Positions 27,871 to 42,859 of a stretch of 64,000 bases of DNA are shown here, in pieces. Position 1 is the stretch's first letter, and every line of letters starts with the position of its first letter. Made by a program: the position numbers and the translations under genes. The stretch comes from the human T2T-CHM13v2.0 reference genome, Homo sapiens, in assembly GCF_009914755.1 (NCBI RefSeq), contig NC_060938.1; one strand, 5' to 3'. A model generated the notes under the pieces. The model was not told the origin of the DNA. It searched no databases and was given only the letters and a program-made list of their open reading frames with translations.

Positions 27871-28270
27871 CATTCATTCATTCATTCATTCATTCACTCA
27901 CTCATTCAGCAGATATTTATTGGTGGCCTACCGTGTGCCAGGCACTGTGCCAGGTGTCAGGGACGTTCTGGTGAACAATAGCAGCTCGGTCCCTGTCTCA
28001 TGAGGCTTACATTTTAGTGGAGAAGGTGTGGCAACAAGTATCACACAAATCAGACAACTGCAGATTGACAGAGGCACTGAAAAGGGAGCAAGCAAGGGGC
28101 TGGGAGGGAGCACTGTGAGCAGCACTATCGTTCTCCCAAGTGTTTGGCCAGGGTGGCAAGGAATGCGTCCCTGGAGAGGTCGTTTACACCGAGACCTGGA
28201 GGGTGACGTGGAGCCAGGGGAGTGGTAGGGACAATCCCGGTCCCTTCGGGCAGCACTGAACAAACCCATG
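27871..28270 (-). mobile_element. L2 3' end with (TTCA)n tail
   Basis: cattcattcattc...atatttatt...tgtgccaggcactgtgccagg. Confidence 0.85.
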
Positions 28271-29039
28271 GCACTCCCCTCTGACACTGATCCAGTCTCG
28301 TGGAACCCAGTCGTATTGGGGGAAATGGAGGAGCAGGGAGGGATGGGACATCCTCAAAGTAAACAGAAAACGAGTCCAGCTGAGCTGATCCTGACTCTGT
28401 TTCTCTTTTGAAGTAAGAGAAAGGAAGGAAAAGTTCATTAGGGGAAGACTGTTTTCCCCACAATCCTCCCTGTCCCATGGGCTCCAGTGTCTCAAGACCC
28501 TTATCTGGTAAACATATTTGTCAGGAGGTGGGGGACAGCCACACAGGAGCTCCCGTGAGTGTGCCTGTTGTGCGCGTGATATGTGTGCTCGCGTGCACAT
28601 ATGCACTCAGCTGGCGTCCTTGGCTAGAAACCTAACTTCCAGCTCTGGCATCCTTGGAAACACACAGCCATTCTGACAGGTTCTTACCCTTCCGGTGGGA
28701 CAGAAGGCAAAGGAAGCTCCCCATCTCCTGTGGCTGCCATCAGGGCGAGGTTCGCTGGATGTGCCAATGGGCTTGCCGTTCTGATTCCCCGGGCCTGGCG
28801 CCTGACTTTCTGAACGGGTTTTACTTTTATGGGAAGTGACAAAGCAAAACTGAGAGATCGAGGTGTGTCATATCTCCAGACACATACAGAGGGACCTGAG
28901 TTCCACTTTCTTGGGTACAGGAGCAGAATATGGAAAAACAAATGAAAAATTCATTCTTCTCCACCAACTTTGTCTGGAGGCAGCAGGGGAAAAATTCTTT
29001 GCACAGGATGGAGAGTAAAGAAAGGGAGGATGTGATAAA

Positions 29040-29400
29040 TAAGACTATAAAGCAATCAGAGAGAGAGAGGAAAATAAAGAAAAGAGAGGGAAAGAAACAG
29101 AAACAAGACAGAGAATGAAAGGCAGAGAGGTGGTGCCAGAGAGGAGGTGAGGCAGACAGGGGAGCAAGAGGAGACAAGAGGAAGCAGAGAGGAAGGAGGA
29201 GAGGAGACACGAGAGCCGGAGAGGAAGGAGGAGAGGAGACACAAGAGCCGGAGAGGAAGGAGGAGAGGAGACACGAGAGGCAGAGAGGAGAGAGGAGAAA
29301 GCCAGAAAGAGGGGAGAGGAGGGGAAAGCAGAGAGAGAGAAGGGTGGGAAGGAGAGAGGGACTAAGGAGAGGAGAGAGGGGAGAGGAGATGAGAGAGGCA
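29040..29400. repeat. GA-rich low complexity containing a 32-bp minisatellite x3 (29187-29280)
   Basis: Unit gagaggaaggaggagaggagacac(g/a)agagccg. Confidence 0.85.
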
Positions 29401-30379
29401 GTGAGGTGGGCATGGGCCAGGCACCCCAGGTGCAGGTGGGCAGCTCCCCAGCCCCCTTCTCCCGCCAACACACCTCCCCCAGTGAGACAGGCTGTCTGCA
29501 GGCACCTGCAGGCAACCACAAGGACAAAATGATACCTCCTTTCCAAGAGAACAAGTTTGCAGCACATATGTGTGCCCCCTGGGCTCTCCACACTGCCTGG
29601 CAGGCCTAGCAGGAAGAAGTGGGTGAAGGACCCATTGCACCCATGCAGGGCTGGGACAGGACGGTCCAGAGCCTTAGTGAAGTGCAGTGGGTTCACGCTG
29701 ACCCTGGGTAAATGGCTGTCCCTGTGTACAACCTTTGCGTGCACTCTTAGAGCCCCTGTTTTAAAGGTAAGTGAACCAAAGCTCAGAGAGTTGGGGTCAC
29801 CTGGCCAAGGCCGACAGGTCACGGATGATAGAGCAGGAGGGGCCCAGCAAGTTGACCATTATGCTGTACTTGCTTAAGGGGACAGGTGCTTCTTACCTTT
29901 CCTTTCACCTCTCAGCTCTTGTCCAGTTCAGAGGTGTTGACTGAGCACCTCCACTATGCCAGGCACTGTGCAGGCTCTGGAGGTGGAACAACGCCACAAC
30001 TCTTTCTGTCAGCAAGCTCCCAGTTAGACAAGGATGCAGCCCAGAGCCGTGAGGGCGGGGACAGGGTGGTCAGTGGGTACTGGAGAGAGCACAGAGACTA
30101 CTAGTCATGGTTGCTACAAGCTGTGAATTGTTGACTATGGGCCAGGCCTCATGCAGAGTACCCTGTTCTCCTTCAGTGGGTCTTGGTGACAGTGTGGTGA
30201 GGTGGCTGTTACCCTCACTCTGCCCAACGTCCCACACACCAAGGTCAGAAGGTTGAAGTAGAGATGGAGGAGGATGTTGCCAATGGGGGTTTGTGGGAGA
30301 TGATGCAGGAGCTGTATTTTGGAAAATGGCAGAGAGTTGGCCAGGGGAAGAAAGGTGGAAAGGGCATACAAGGCAGAAG

Positions 30380-31300
30380 GACCAATACAAGCCAAGGCTG
30401 GAGGTCAGACTGTGCAGAGAATGTGCGGGCAAAAAGAAGACACTGGTTTTAGCAAGTCTTCGAGTGTAAGTCTGGGAGTGGTGGGAGTTGAGGGTGATTG
30501 GGCTAACAGAGGACAGGTCACAGAGGGTGAAGGGGAGTCACTGAAGAGTTTTAGGAAGGGGGCAAAATGATTAGAGTTCTGGAAAGTTCCCTGTGGCTGC
30601 AGGGTAGAGCCAATGATCTCTACCCCTTAGACCCATAGATCTGAAAGAGACCAGTCAGGAACCTGTCCCAAGGATCCAGGTTAGAGACAACTAGGTCTAC
30701 TGCAGGACGGTGCATCCTAAGGAGAGTGTGAGGGGCCCCATTGAAAAACTCTCCTGGGAGAAGATTCAATTGGACTTGCCGAGTGTTTGGAAGTGGGAGT
30801 AGGACTTCCAGGGTGACACCCAGGTCTTGGCCATGAGCCGGTGGCTGCAGGTGCCATTCACCGAGATGGAAAGACACTGCAGAAGCATGCAGCATTACAT
30901 CCTCTGAACGTGGTGACTTGGAAGCGCTTTTGGGAAATGGCAGGCAGCTGGATACAATCTGACACTCAGGGAAGAGGTCTGGGCGAGGCGTGTCAAGACG
31001 TCTTGACATGCAGGGAAGAGGTCTTGAACTTGACAGCCATCCATACAGGGTGGTGGTTGTTGTCATGAGAGGGAGTCAGGACTTCTCTTGAGGAGGACAG
31101 GAAGAGTAAAAGAAGCATGGGCTGAAACCAGAGAACATCTGTGTCTGAGCTGTAGCAGGAGGAAATAGGGTCTGCACAGAAAGCAGTGAGGACCAGTTAG
31201 GGGCATCAGGAAGGAGCATGGTACGGATATGAGGAGGAGGGCTGGAGGACAGAAAGAGTGGCCAAGAGTGTCACATGCTGCAAAGTGGCCCCTGGGAGAT
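30380..31300 (-). mobile_element. L2 fragments
   Basis: Purine-rich antisense L2 body (gaccagtcagga...ccagg; ggtgccattcaccgagatgg). Confidence 0.55.
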
Positions 31301-31879
31301 GGGCTGGGGAGTCACCTCTGGGTTTGGCAGCTGGGGGATAACTGGAGACCAGGCAGGGGCAAGAGGAGCTCTGGGGAAGAGGGGCAGCAGTTACTGCTCA
31401 GTGGTTGAGGAATGAGCAGATGCGTGGCAGGCATGCCCAGCCCTTTCAAGGTGCTTGTTAGAGAAGGAGAGAGAATGGGATTAGGAAGTGGCTTCTGGTC
31501 AAGGGGCTTCACAGAGATGAGAGGTTCAGCTCTAGGCTGTGGAGAGAATGCACCTGCAGGGCTAGGAGTGAGGATGAACAATGGGGATCAGGAGCAGGGA
31601 ACGGGCTGCTCTTGAACAGGAGTGAGGAGCTCATCCCCTGGGACTGGATGCAAGGCAGTGAGGATGGGGTAGGTGCAGGCGTTTGTGGAGGGAGTGGGTC
31701 AGGGAGCTGGGGGTGTCACATTTGAGTGCCTCATCTCCCCTCTTCCTGCCCCATAAAGTGGGAGACAAGCTTTTCACTGAGAACAAAAGGATTGCGTGTT
31801 GGGTAGATGCTTGAGGATGTGGAGGTTTGGCTGAGGGGAAGGGGAAGAGAGCCCCTGAGACAAGTAAAAGGATAGGATG

Positions 31880-32723
<844 letters not shown>

Positions 32724-33019
32724 AGGTCCACTGTGAATGGAGACTCATGCGGACAGTGATCTGCACAGCCAGCATCCAGGGAGCAACAGAGAGGCCAGGA
32801 GAGACAGAGCCCAGGGCCTTGGGTCTGCAGTCTGAGGATGGATGTAGCCCAGGTGGGCATAGTGGGCTCCAGGCTGGGCTGGGAAGGATAAGAGAGGCTG
32901 GGGGAGGGGTGCTGAGGACTGGCAGCGAACGACGGCTCAGGCTTTGGAAGGCTCTGAGAGGACAGAGAGCAGATGGGGAAAACCAAAGTGGGCATTTCCT
33001 AGGCCCTCATGCCTCAGCC

Positions 33020-33450
33020 CTTGCCACCTAGAAAATCAAGTCTGAGGCAAAAACTTGGATGCTCACACTTTATTGGGGAGAGAAGGCCCAGGGAAGCAGA
33101 GGGAAGGAAGAGGGACAGAAAATAGAAGGGAGTATGTTATTCAGCTTCAACCAAGAACAGTCAGCTGCTTGTCCTGGTAGAATGTCTTCTGCCCTGTCCA
33201 CTGCAACTTTGAGCAGTTTGTCCCGGGAAAGGAAGAGAGAAGACTACCCACTGAAGCCTCTTTCCCAACGGTGACATCTTGCCCCGTGAGCCATCACCTT
33301 TCTGCTTTTACATGGAGTGCTACCCGGCTCCACTGGCGTCTGCTGAGGAAGCCATGTGTCCAGAGAGCAGCAGCGGCAACCACCACGTGAACCCGATGCC
33401 ATGGACTCAGGCCCCGTGGGCGAGCCATGCAGGTGTGTAGCACCTCTGAG
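33020..33450 (-). mobile_element. Old ERVL LTR (LTR33/LTR16-like)
   Basis: cctagaaaatcaagtctgaggcaaa...ctttattgggga. Confidence 0.4.
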
Positions 33451-33816
33451 TGCACCCCGCAGCAGGTGAGAGGTGAGGTGCTGTTGGGGTGGCTCCTGAG
33501 GACCTGAAAGACTGGGTAGGGCCACAGCAGGAGGCCTGGCGGGAGTACCTTGGCAGCATGACCCTGCTATGTGAACCGCAAGGAAGATCCACATCTCCCC
33601 TCTGTGGCCCTCAAGCAGGCGGTTGGTGCTGGGCAATCTTCCTGGAGGGCCAGCAGTAACATGGAGTAGCACATCAGGCCAGGGAGGTCCAGGGATTCTC
33701 ATCAGATGGACCCAGCAGACCTCACTATGCACCAGGCACTGGGGCAGGGGCGGGGACACAGAGATGAGTCAGACCTTGTTCCCCGCCCCATATTCAAGGA
33801 GCTCACAGGGCAGTGG

Positions 33817-33819
<3 letters not shown>

Positions 33820-33855
<36 letters not shown>
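33820..33855. repeat. (GACA)n microsatellite
   Basis: gacagacagacagacaga... Confidence 0.9.
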
Positions 33856-34375
33856 CGACCAGGCAGGCAGAGAGACAGTTACTGTAGTGTTTTGAAGAGA
33901 AGGAGAGGCCTCATCCTGGGCTAAGAGCAATGAGGAGGACTTGCTGCAAAGCGAAAGAGGGAAGGAGACTACTCAGCGGCTTTGGCAGACGGAAATATCT
34001 AGGGAGCTTTTAGCTAGAAACACAGACAATTATAATGATACAAAATGATGATAATAATAATTATTATCTAATGATGACATCAAGACAACATAGAAAATGC
34101 ACACTCTACACGGTGCAATGCACTTCCCTTATCTCCTTCGAGCATCTCAGCGTCGAGGAAACCGAGGTGAAGAGGGGAGAGGTGACCTGCCCAGAGTCCC
34201 ACAGTTAATCAGTTGCAGGGCTGGGACCACATCTGAAGTTTTGCATTAGGTTGGAGGATGACAATGACGATCTCTTACATTTCTGTAGCTTTTTATAATT
34301 TAGGGAGCACTTCCACATTATGGGATTTTTATCTTCATAGTGATCCCATGATGTATATATGCATTAATATTCTCA

Positions 34376-34525
34376 TTTTATTTTTGAGACAAGGTCTTGC
34401 TCTGTCACCGAGGCTGTGGTTCAGTGGCGAAATCATAGCTCACTGTAACCTTGAACTCCTGGGCTCAGGCAATCCTCCTGCCTCAGGTCTTCTGAATAGG
34501 TGAAACTATAGGCGTGAACTACTGT
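34376..34525 (-). mobile_element. Alu monomer (FLAM-like) inserted in a MIR
   Basis: gaactcctgggctcaggcaatcctcctgcctcag, single arm only. Confidence 0.8.
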
Positions 34526-34721
34526 ATTCTATAAAATAGCCTCATTTTACAGAAGAAACCAAACATCATGGAAGTGGTGTATACACTGGTAAATGGCAGA
34601 GAGTGGGCTCAAACCCAAACCCCAGGGCTGCCCGGTGCTGTCAGGAGTTTAGGGTCAGAAGTCATTCACTGGCCATGCTTTGGTTTTGCTGTGGCATGTT
34701 AAAGTTAGTTATGATTAAGAC

Positions 34722-35092
34722 CGTCCTTCCTTTTTCCTTCCTTCCTTTCTTCCTTCCTTTTCTTTTCTTTTTTCTTTTTTTTCTTTTCTTTTCTTTTTTT
34801 CTTTTCTTTTCTTTCTTTCTTCCTTCCTTTCTCTCTCTTTCTGTCTCTTTCTTTCCTTCCTTCTTTCCTTTTTTCCTTCCCTCCTTGATAAAGACCTTCG
34901 TTCCTTCCTTCTTCTTTCTTGCTCTTTCTTTCTTTCCTTCCTTCCTTTCTTTCCTTTTTTCCTTCTCTCTCCTTCCCTTGTCTTCCTTCCTTCCCTCCCT
35001 CTCTCTTAATCTTTCTTTCTCTCCTTCCTTCCTTCTCTCTTAATCTTTCTGTCCTTCCTTCCTTCCTTCCTTCCTTCCTTCCTTCTTTTCTT
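34722..35092. repeat. ~370-bp CT-rich (TTCC/TTTC)n tract, expanded Alu tail
   Basis: Near-pure pyrimidine tract adjoining the AluJ. Confidence 0.9.
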
Positions 35093-35715
<623 letters not shown>

Positions 35716-36719
35716 TCTTTGAGCCTGTTACAGGGCCTGGCTCAATATATGTTAGTTAAATGAGTGAATGAGTTTCAGGTAAGAGTAGGAAACCCTGAAT
35801 AATCCAATTTGTTGTGTGGATAGCGGATATTCTCTTGGCTTCACGTTGGTCGAAAGGGGAGATGAGGAAGAGGTGAATTGAGTTGAGAGTTGTGCTTGCC
35901 TCAGAGAGGAACTACTCTGAGCTCTTCAGAAATCCAGGCTTGCTGCCACATGCTACCTTGGTCCTATGGGAAGCTGGATGCCTAATGACGAGCCAAGGAG
36001 GCGTTTGGAGCAGGCACTGATGTATACAGGTAATGCACACACACACATGCCTGCCAGGGTGTTGAACCCACCCACCTTTTCAGTAAGGGAAAGGAAACGT
36101 GGGAAGAGGGGCTGTGGTTGGTGAACCTCCATCTGCATCTCCACGGGGTTTGCCCTCCAGGGCTGATTGGCATTCACTCCCATGCACATCTGCCGCATCC
36201 ATTAGGCACCTGGCGGGCTGCAGTCAAGGGCACTGAGACCGTGGAGGGACCCCAGAGGTATTGCAGTCTGACCTCCTGCTCTCAGGCCGGTCAGAGTCAC
36301 CACCAGCGGTTGGCAGTGCTCCAGAGGTAGGTCAGGCTTCACCCGGCCCCAGGGCTTCTGTGCTGGTCACAAGTCTGCCTCTCCTCAAATCACTGTCAGC
36401 TGGAACCTTTGAGTCAGCTCAGTGCGGGGAGATTTGAATGTCATGGATGGAATCAGAGAATCCTTTCTTCCTTGAGTTGTCTGGGACCTTTCTGCTTGCC
36501 TAGCATAATATTTCTCGTAGGCCTGGTGGAAGTTTGGATATTCCCAGGGATAGGGGTCTCATGACCTCTCAAAGAAGCCCATCCCACTGCTAGAGCTCCT
36601 CCTTTGGTTGACCTAGAATTCCCTTCAGGTGGTATCTGCCGTTGCTTAAACTCCCAGCAGCTGGGCCCACCAGGCAGGTGTCCTCGTTTTGCATCAGAGC
36701 TGCAGCAGCAGATTGAGAA

Positions 36720-36920
36720 TCAGTGGACTCAGAGTCGGGCTGCCTGAGCACCTCCTGGTCTCCCTGTGGACCCACGATATGACCTTGTGTGAGTAACTGA
36801 GCCTTCTGAGACCCAGGTTCTTCACTGGAAATGGAAATAATGTAGTGTCTGACTCAGAGTGGTGTTAAAAGGATCAAATGAGAGAAGGCAGGAGAAATGC
36901 CTGGTACAAAGGCACTAAAA
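36720..36920 (+). mobile_element. MIR SINE
   Basis: tgaccttgtgtgagtaactgagccttctgag...aaatggaaataat. Confidence 0.65.
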
Positions 36921-37068
36921 ACAACCATAGCCATATTGTTGTAAGTTACCAGGCAACGCGACCTAGAAAACTATGCCAGGGGAATGAGTGGATGTGGGCA
37001 TGGAGATTGATAAAGCTCAGAACCTTGGACAAAAGTGTGGGTTCTGAAATGGAAGGGGAATTATATTA

Positions 37069-37439
<371 letters not shown>

Positions 37440-37454
37440 TTATATAGAAACCAA

Positions 37455-37802
37455 AAGCAATGGAAGGGCGAGGAAGAAGACTGGGCACAGGGAGAAGCTG
37501 AGCTATGGGCAGGCCCAAGGACAGCCTCAGTGGAGCCCATGGCGAGCTTTGGAACTAGCGTGGCCATCACTGTTGTCCCTAGCTGGGTGACGTGGCCAGG
37601 CTTTGGTGCTCCCATACGGATTAGTCATTGCATGTAGGCCGCACCGGAAGGAATGTGCCCTTGGGTTAGGGGACTTAACTGCAGCGGATGTGGTCCCTGC
37701 AGGAGCTGAGAGCTGAAATCTGTCTGCTTACAGCACTCCCAGAAGTTGGGGCGAAAGTCCCATCGAAGGGGATCTGGGTGGAGCATCACAGTGTCCACCG
37801 TA
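37455..37802 (-). mobile_element. LTR16C-like ERVL 3' LTR
   Basis: gactgggcacagggagaagctgagct...ggatctgggtggagcatcacagtgtccac, with a polypurine tract adjacent on the minus strand. Confidence 0.7.
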
Positions 37803-38433
37803 ATCCTCCCTTTGGACCTCCAGGACCTACTTGTTCCTATATGTTCTGAGCATCACTCCTCAACATCCTGGGTGGACCTCTTTTCTTGGGAGAAACTTAG
37901 AAGGGGAAGGTTGAGGAGACTATTGCTTCTGAGGCTGCAGCTGGCCTCAGGGCCATGAGTTGATAGCCCTCATCTCATCTCCCTCCTCCAGTAGCCACTT
38001 TGGGTTCTCCTCACCCTCAGCTAGTGCCTTTGCTGCTCTTATCTGGTTGCATGGCCCAGATCCTCATCCTTGGAGGGTCTGACTCCTAGCCACCATGCCC
38101 TTCCTCAGCCCATCACAGTTGGGCAGGGAAATATCAAGAAATGCCAAACGTTTTCCTCCCTGCCTTCACTGTGTACAGCCGACCTGCTTTTCTTGTTGAT
38201 TGTGGTCAGTCAGCTCCACCAGGATGCTGACTCCACTCTTACTTGCCAATTCCTCGGTCTTGGGATTCTGAAGCATCAGGTAGCACTTGTAGCTTATCAT
38301 TTAATGGGATTCTGGCTGAGCCCTTGGTGGAACTGTTCTTCTAGGGAACCAGGACCTCTTAACACACAGAGCTCAAATTGTGGGTGCAGAAAGCACAAAT
38401 TCGCCAAGTGAGTCGCTGAAAGTGAAGGGTCTC

Positions 38434-38811
38434 TGTATTAGTCTACTAGGGCCACCATTACAAAGAACCATAGTCTGGGTGACAATGGAATTTATGGAAC
38501 TTTATTTCCTCACAGTTCTGGAGGCTAGAAGTCCAAGACGAAGGTGTTGGCAGGGTTGATTTCTTCTAAGACTTCTCTCCTTGGCTTGTAGATGGCCACT
38601 TTTTTCCCCATGTCTCCTCTGTGTGTGTCTGTGTCCTGATATCTTCTTATGAGGATACCAGTCATATTGGGCTAAGGCCCACCCCATGACCTCATTTGAT
38701 TTTCATTTTGTCTTTAAAAGCTCTGTCTCCAATTACAGTCGCATTTTGAAGTAATTGGAGTTAGGACTTCAACATATGAATTTTGTGGGGGACACAACTG
38801 AGCCCATAAGA
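38434..38811 (-). mobile_element. MaLR solo LTR (MLT1A0/B-like) inserted in the ERVL
   Basis: tgtattagtct...cacagttctggaggctagaagtccaag...ggacacaactgagcccataaga with TSD gtctc/gactc. Confidence 0.88.
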
Positions 38812-40459
38812 GACTCTTGCTTCCATTCTCTTAGTTCTGAGCTTGCCCACGTATTCTTTCTGTTGGGGACATAACAGCATATATAGGTCTTTGATTTAAA
38901 CTGCATATTGCATCCTGGAGGATGACACCTCATCTTTGCAAAATGTGGCCTCAGTTGTACCTTTAATGGCAATTCCAACACTATCATGCCCACACTTCTG
39001 GATATAGATATGACCCCTGGGTTACCTGATCATGGACTACTCCCTGCACCTTCTTTGCCATAAAGCAGGTTCTCTCGTCTCATGAAGGTCATGGGAGATC
39101 TTGTGCCAGGGGATTAAATGCTTTACATGCCCTTGGATAGTGGTGTTGGCTGAGGCCCCGCAGGCAGGAAAGGCAAAAGCATATCTGGAATATTTGTCTG
39201 GCTTTTTCAGGGTGGAAGGGGTCCAACATAGTCCATTTGCTACCAAGCACCACATGGTGCCATATTGGGGGCTCAACATTAGTCCCTGCTTCTGTCAGGT
39301 TGGATGTCTGAAGGTGGCAGTAGCTGGACCAGCCTTGGTGAGTGGGAGCTCATGCTGTTGGGGCCTCCACTTTGCTCAGGTGCCCTCATGCCAGCAGTCG
39401 GGTGGCCGATGGCAGGGCTGGCTGGTGCCAGCTGGCCAAGTCGTTTTGTTGTTTAGTGCTTCTGTGCTGGATGTGTTCTGGTGAGCTGCGTGAGAAGAGG
39501 GTCTTCACCCTTGATGCCCACTTCCAGGCGTCCATCCATGTCTCCCTCCCGGACCTCCTTGTCCCAGATCATCGGCTTTTCCTCCCTACAAGCTGCTGAC
39601 CAGCTTGCCAAGATAATTGCCATTGATTGTGAGGCCACCTATATTCCAACCTTAGGTCACAAAAGTGGACTTCAGCTTGCCCCCACATTCTAAGTCCTGT
39701 GCTGCCACTGTGACCCTGTTTTCAGTGCAGCACCTGTGGCCATCTGGTTTCTGATGGCATCATCTCCCTTGTGATCAGTGAACTTTGTCCTGCAATGGTG
39801 TCTTCTCTGCCATCGGCCTTGGCCTGCAGAGAGGATAGTGGTGGTGGCTGAGGCCTTGCAGACAGGAAAGACCCCTGCAGAGAGGAGTCCCGGTGAAGTT
39901 TGAGAGCTTTTTTGGAGGTTCTAGCAGGGGAGTGCAGCTATTCATATATCTGTGACCGAAGACCGGTCCTCCTCTATCGGGGAAGCTTTGGCACAGCTTC
40001 AGGAGGTCACACATGGAGTGGTGATGGAGAAGGGGACACCCGACTTGTCAGCAAGATCAGCCAAATCAACCCGGGTGATCGCTGGGGTGACAGATGTCAC
40101 AGCCAGATCGCCTTCACATCCCCCAGTGAACTTTGTAATGATGCTGGCGCCCCCTCACCAGCCTATTTATTATGGCGTTAGTAAATGACACATTTTCCAT
40201 GGAACATATTCATCTGGTGTGTCTTCTGACCTTACACAGCATATCCACCCCAACATACCCACATCTCTGAGCCTTTCAGTCTCCTGTGGAGCTGTCTGCC
40301 GTGGCAATCCTGGCATGCCAGCCTCATTGAATGTGGACCTGATTTGATCCATACTTCCCACAGACATCCTTGTAGAGTTTGCACCATCACTGGGCATCCT
40401 CATCAGGAGGTGAAATCCCAGGAGTGTACTCACATTGATGGAGTCTCCCTTTTCCAGTC

Positions 40460-40750
40460 TTTTTTTTTTTTTTGAGAGGGAGTCTCACTCTGTCGCCAGG
40501 CTGGAGAGCAGTGGTGCATCTTGGCTCACTGCAACCTCTGCCTCCTGGTTTAAGCGATTCTCCTGCCTCAGCCTCTGGAGTAGCTGGCACTACAGGTGCC
40601 CGCCACCACGCCCGGCTAATTTTTTGTATTTTTAGTAGAGACGGGGTTTCACCGTGTTAACCAGGCTGGTCTTGAACTCCTGACCTAGTGATCCGCCCGC
40701 CTTGGCTTCCCAAAGTGCTGGGATTACAGGAGTGAGCCACCGCGCCTGGC
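40460..40750 (-). mobile_element. AluS (Sc-like)
   Basis: Full dimer with TSD tcccttttccagtctt (40446-40461 / 40753-40768). Confidence 0.94.
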
Positions 40751-40924
40751 ATTCCCTTTTCCAGTCTTAACTTAGACCCCCTTGGTCAGGCACCCTCAGA
40801 CTCCAGTGCCATGAACACACTTTGGCAGGCTCCTGCTGGTCATGCTTACTGGGTCCTGGAGGTCCTCTGGTGTACACATTCCCAACTGGGTTATGTTGAG
40901 ATTTAATCCTAATTCCAGGCCTAG

Positions 40925-41176
<252 letters not shown>

Positions 41177-42547
41177 TGAGCCACCAAGGGGGCAGGGAGT
41201 CTGATGATTCAAGAATTTGGGGGTATGAAAGTAAACACTGTCATCGTGTATCAGGGCCCTGGCCTTGGTGTGGCAGGCTGGCCTTGCTTGGCCGTGTCAC
41301 CCTCTTTGGAGCTCGGCCGCTGTGGCTGAGGATGCGCAGCACAGAAGTTCCGCCATCTGAACTAGGCTTTATCAGAATCACTGTGGCTGGGTGCCAAGAA
41401 TGGGGCAAAAGTAGAAGCCAGGCTATCGTATAAACCAAATGAGTGGCTGCCACCCCGGCCCAGGTGGTCTCTGGGCTCAGGTAGATATCTAGGATCTGTC
41501 TCCTGCCCTTTTGCCTTGCTCTCCTGCTCCAGCCAGCTGTGTGTGATTGGCTGCCCACCCTCACCAGCCCTAGGAGGGCCCCACCTAGGGATGCACTGTC
41601 CCTGTCTAGGACATGGCATGCTGACACCAACAGCTGCTCTTCTGTTTGCTCAGGCTCTGCTCAGCTGGTTCCACTTCTGCTGCAACTGCCTGTCTGCCCC
41701 ACCCCTGTGGTCCTGTGCTGGTGACCTTGGTCCTGGCCAAGTCCAAATCCAGACTGGCTGCTCTGGGACCCATCATGCCCTCTTCTCTAGGTCCTGGTAT
41801 AGAAAACCTTCATTCAAGCACATGGGGAGGAATAAAGCTACCCACCCACCTGCCTTTCAGAGGGGACTGACATTCTAGAATCTGAATATCATCAAGGCAG
41901 CGGCTCTTTTGAGAGACCCTTGGGCTCCAGGAGGAGCAGGAAAGAACCTAAAATCTTCTCAGGTTTGGAATGGGGTCTCAAAGGCTCTGAGGGCCAGCTT
42001 GCATCTTGAACAGGAACAATGGAATTTTCTACTTATGGACTCTCTGCCTGTCTTCAAGAGAAATCCTGCTTTGGGAGGTGGGCCTACTGAAATGGGCAAT
42101 TGGTAAAGTAAGCCATGGCCCAGCTTTCAGGAGAGATCAGAGGCCCTGGAATGGAAGGTGCATGGGCCCTACCCATGGGCCCAGAGTCATGGCTCTACCC
42201 CAGAGTTGTAATAAGTCCACTGGATGAGTCCTGGTGACTGCTGAAGAATGCAAAAGCACCAAGGAATAAACAGTGTTTGGGAGTAGGGGTTGCTCAGAGG
42301 ATGTGGGTGTCAATGTCTTGTGAGATTCAAGGCAGTTCCCAAATCTTGCCATCTTAACCTTTCCCTCTTCAGCCTTACAGTTCCCATTCTGAAACTGCCC
42401 TGACTCTAACCTTTCGGTAAAGAAACTATGCATTTGTCTGGTGTGTAGATCTTGTGGAAGTTGAAGGTCAGATTGACAAGGGTGGAGGTGGGTCCTATCA
42501 TTAATACATTCAGTCCTCTCCTAGGGCAATGATTTTTCTCTTTTAAA

Positions 42548-42858
42548 TTTTACTGTTTATTTGTTTGTTTATTGAGGTGGAGTCGTGCTCGTCGCCCGGG
42601 CTGGAGTGCAGTCAGTGGTATGATCTTGGCTCACTGCAACCTCCACCTGCCAGGTTCAAGTGATTCTCTTGCCTCAGCCTTCGGAGTAGCTGGGATTACA
42701 GGCACATGCCACCACGCCCAGCTAATTTTTGTACTTTTAGTAGAGATGGGGTTTTACCATGTTGGCCAAGCTGGTCTTGAACTCCTGACCTCAAGTGATC
42801 CACCCGCCTCGGCCTCCCAAAGTGCTGGGATTACAGGCATAAGCCACCACACCCGGCC
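42548..42858 (-). mobile_element. AluSx-like
   Basis: Full dimer. Confidence 0.93.
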
Positions 42859-42859
42859 T

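Noticed and set aside
28827-29822. Longest ORF (331 aa, minus strand)
   Set aside because: The L/S/P-rich translation comes from the GA-rich repeat and has no recognisable domain.
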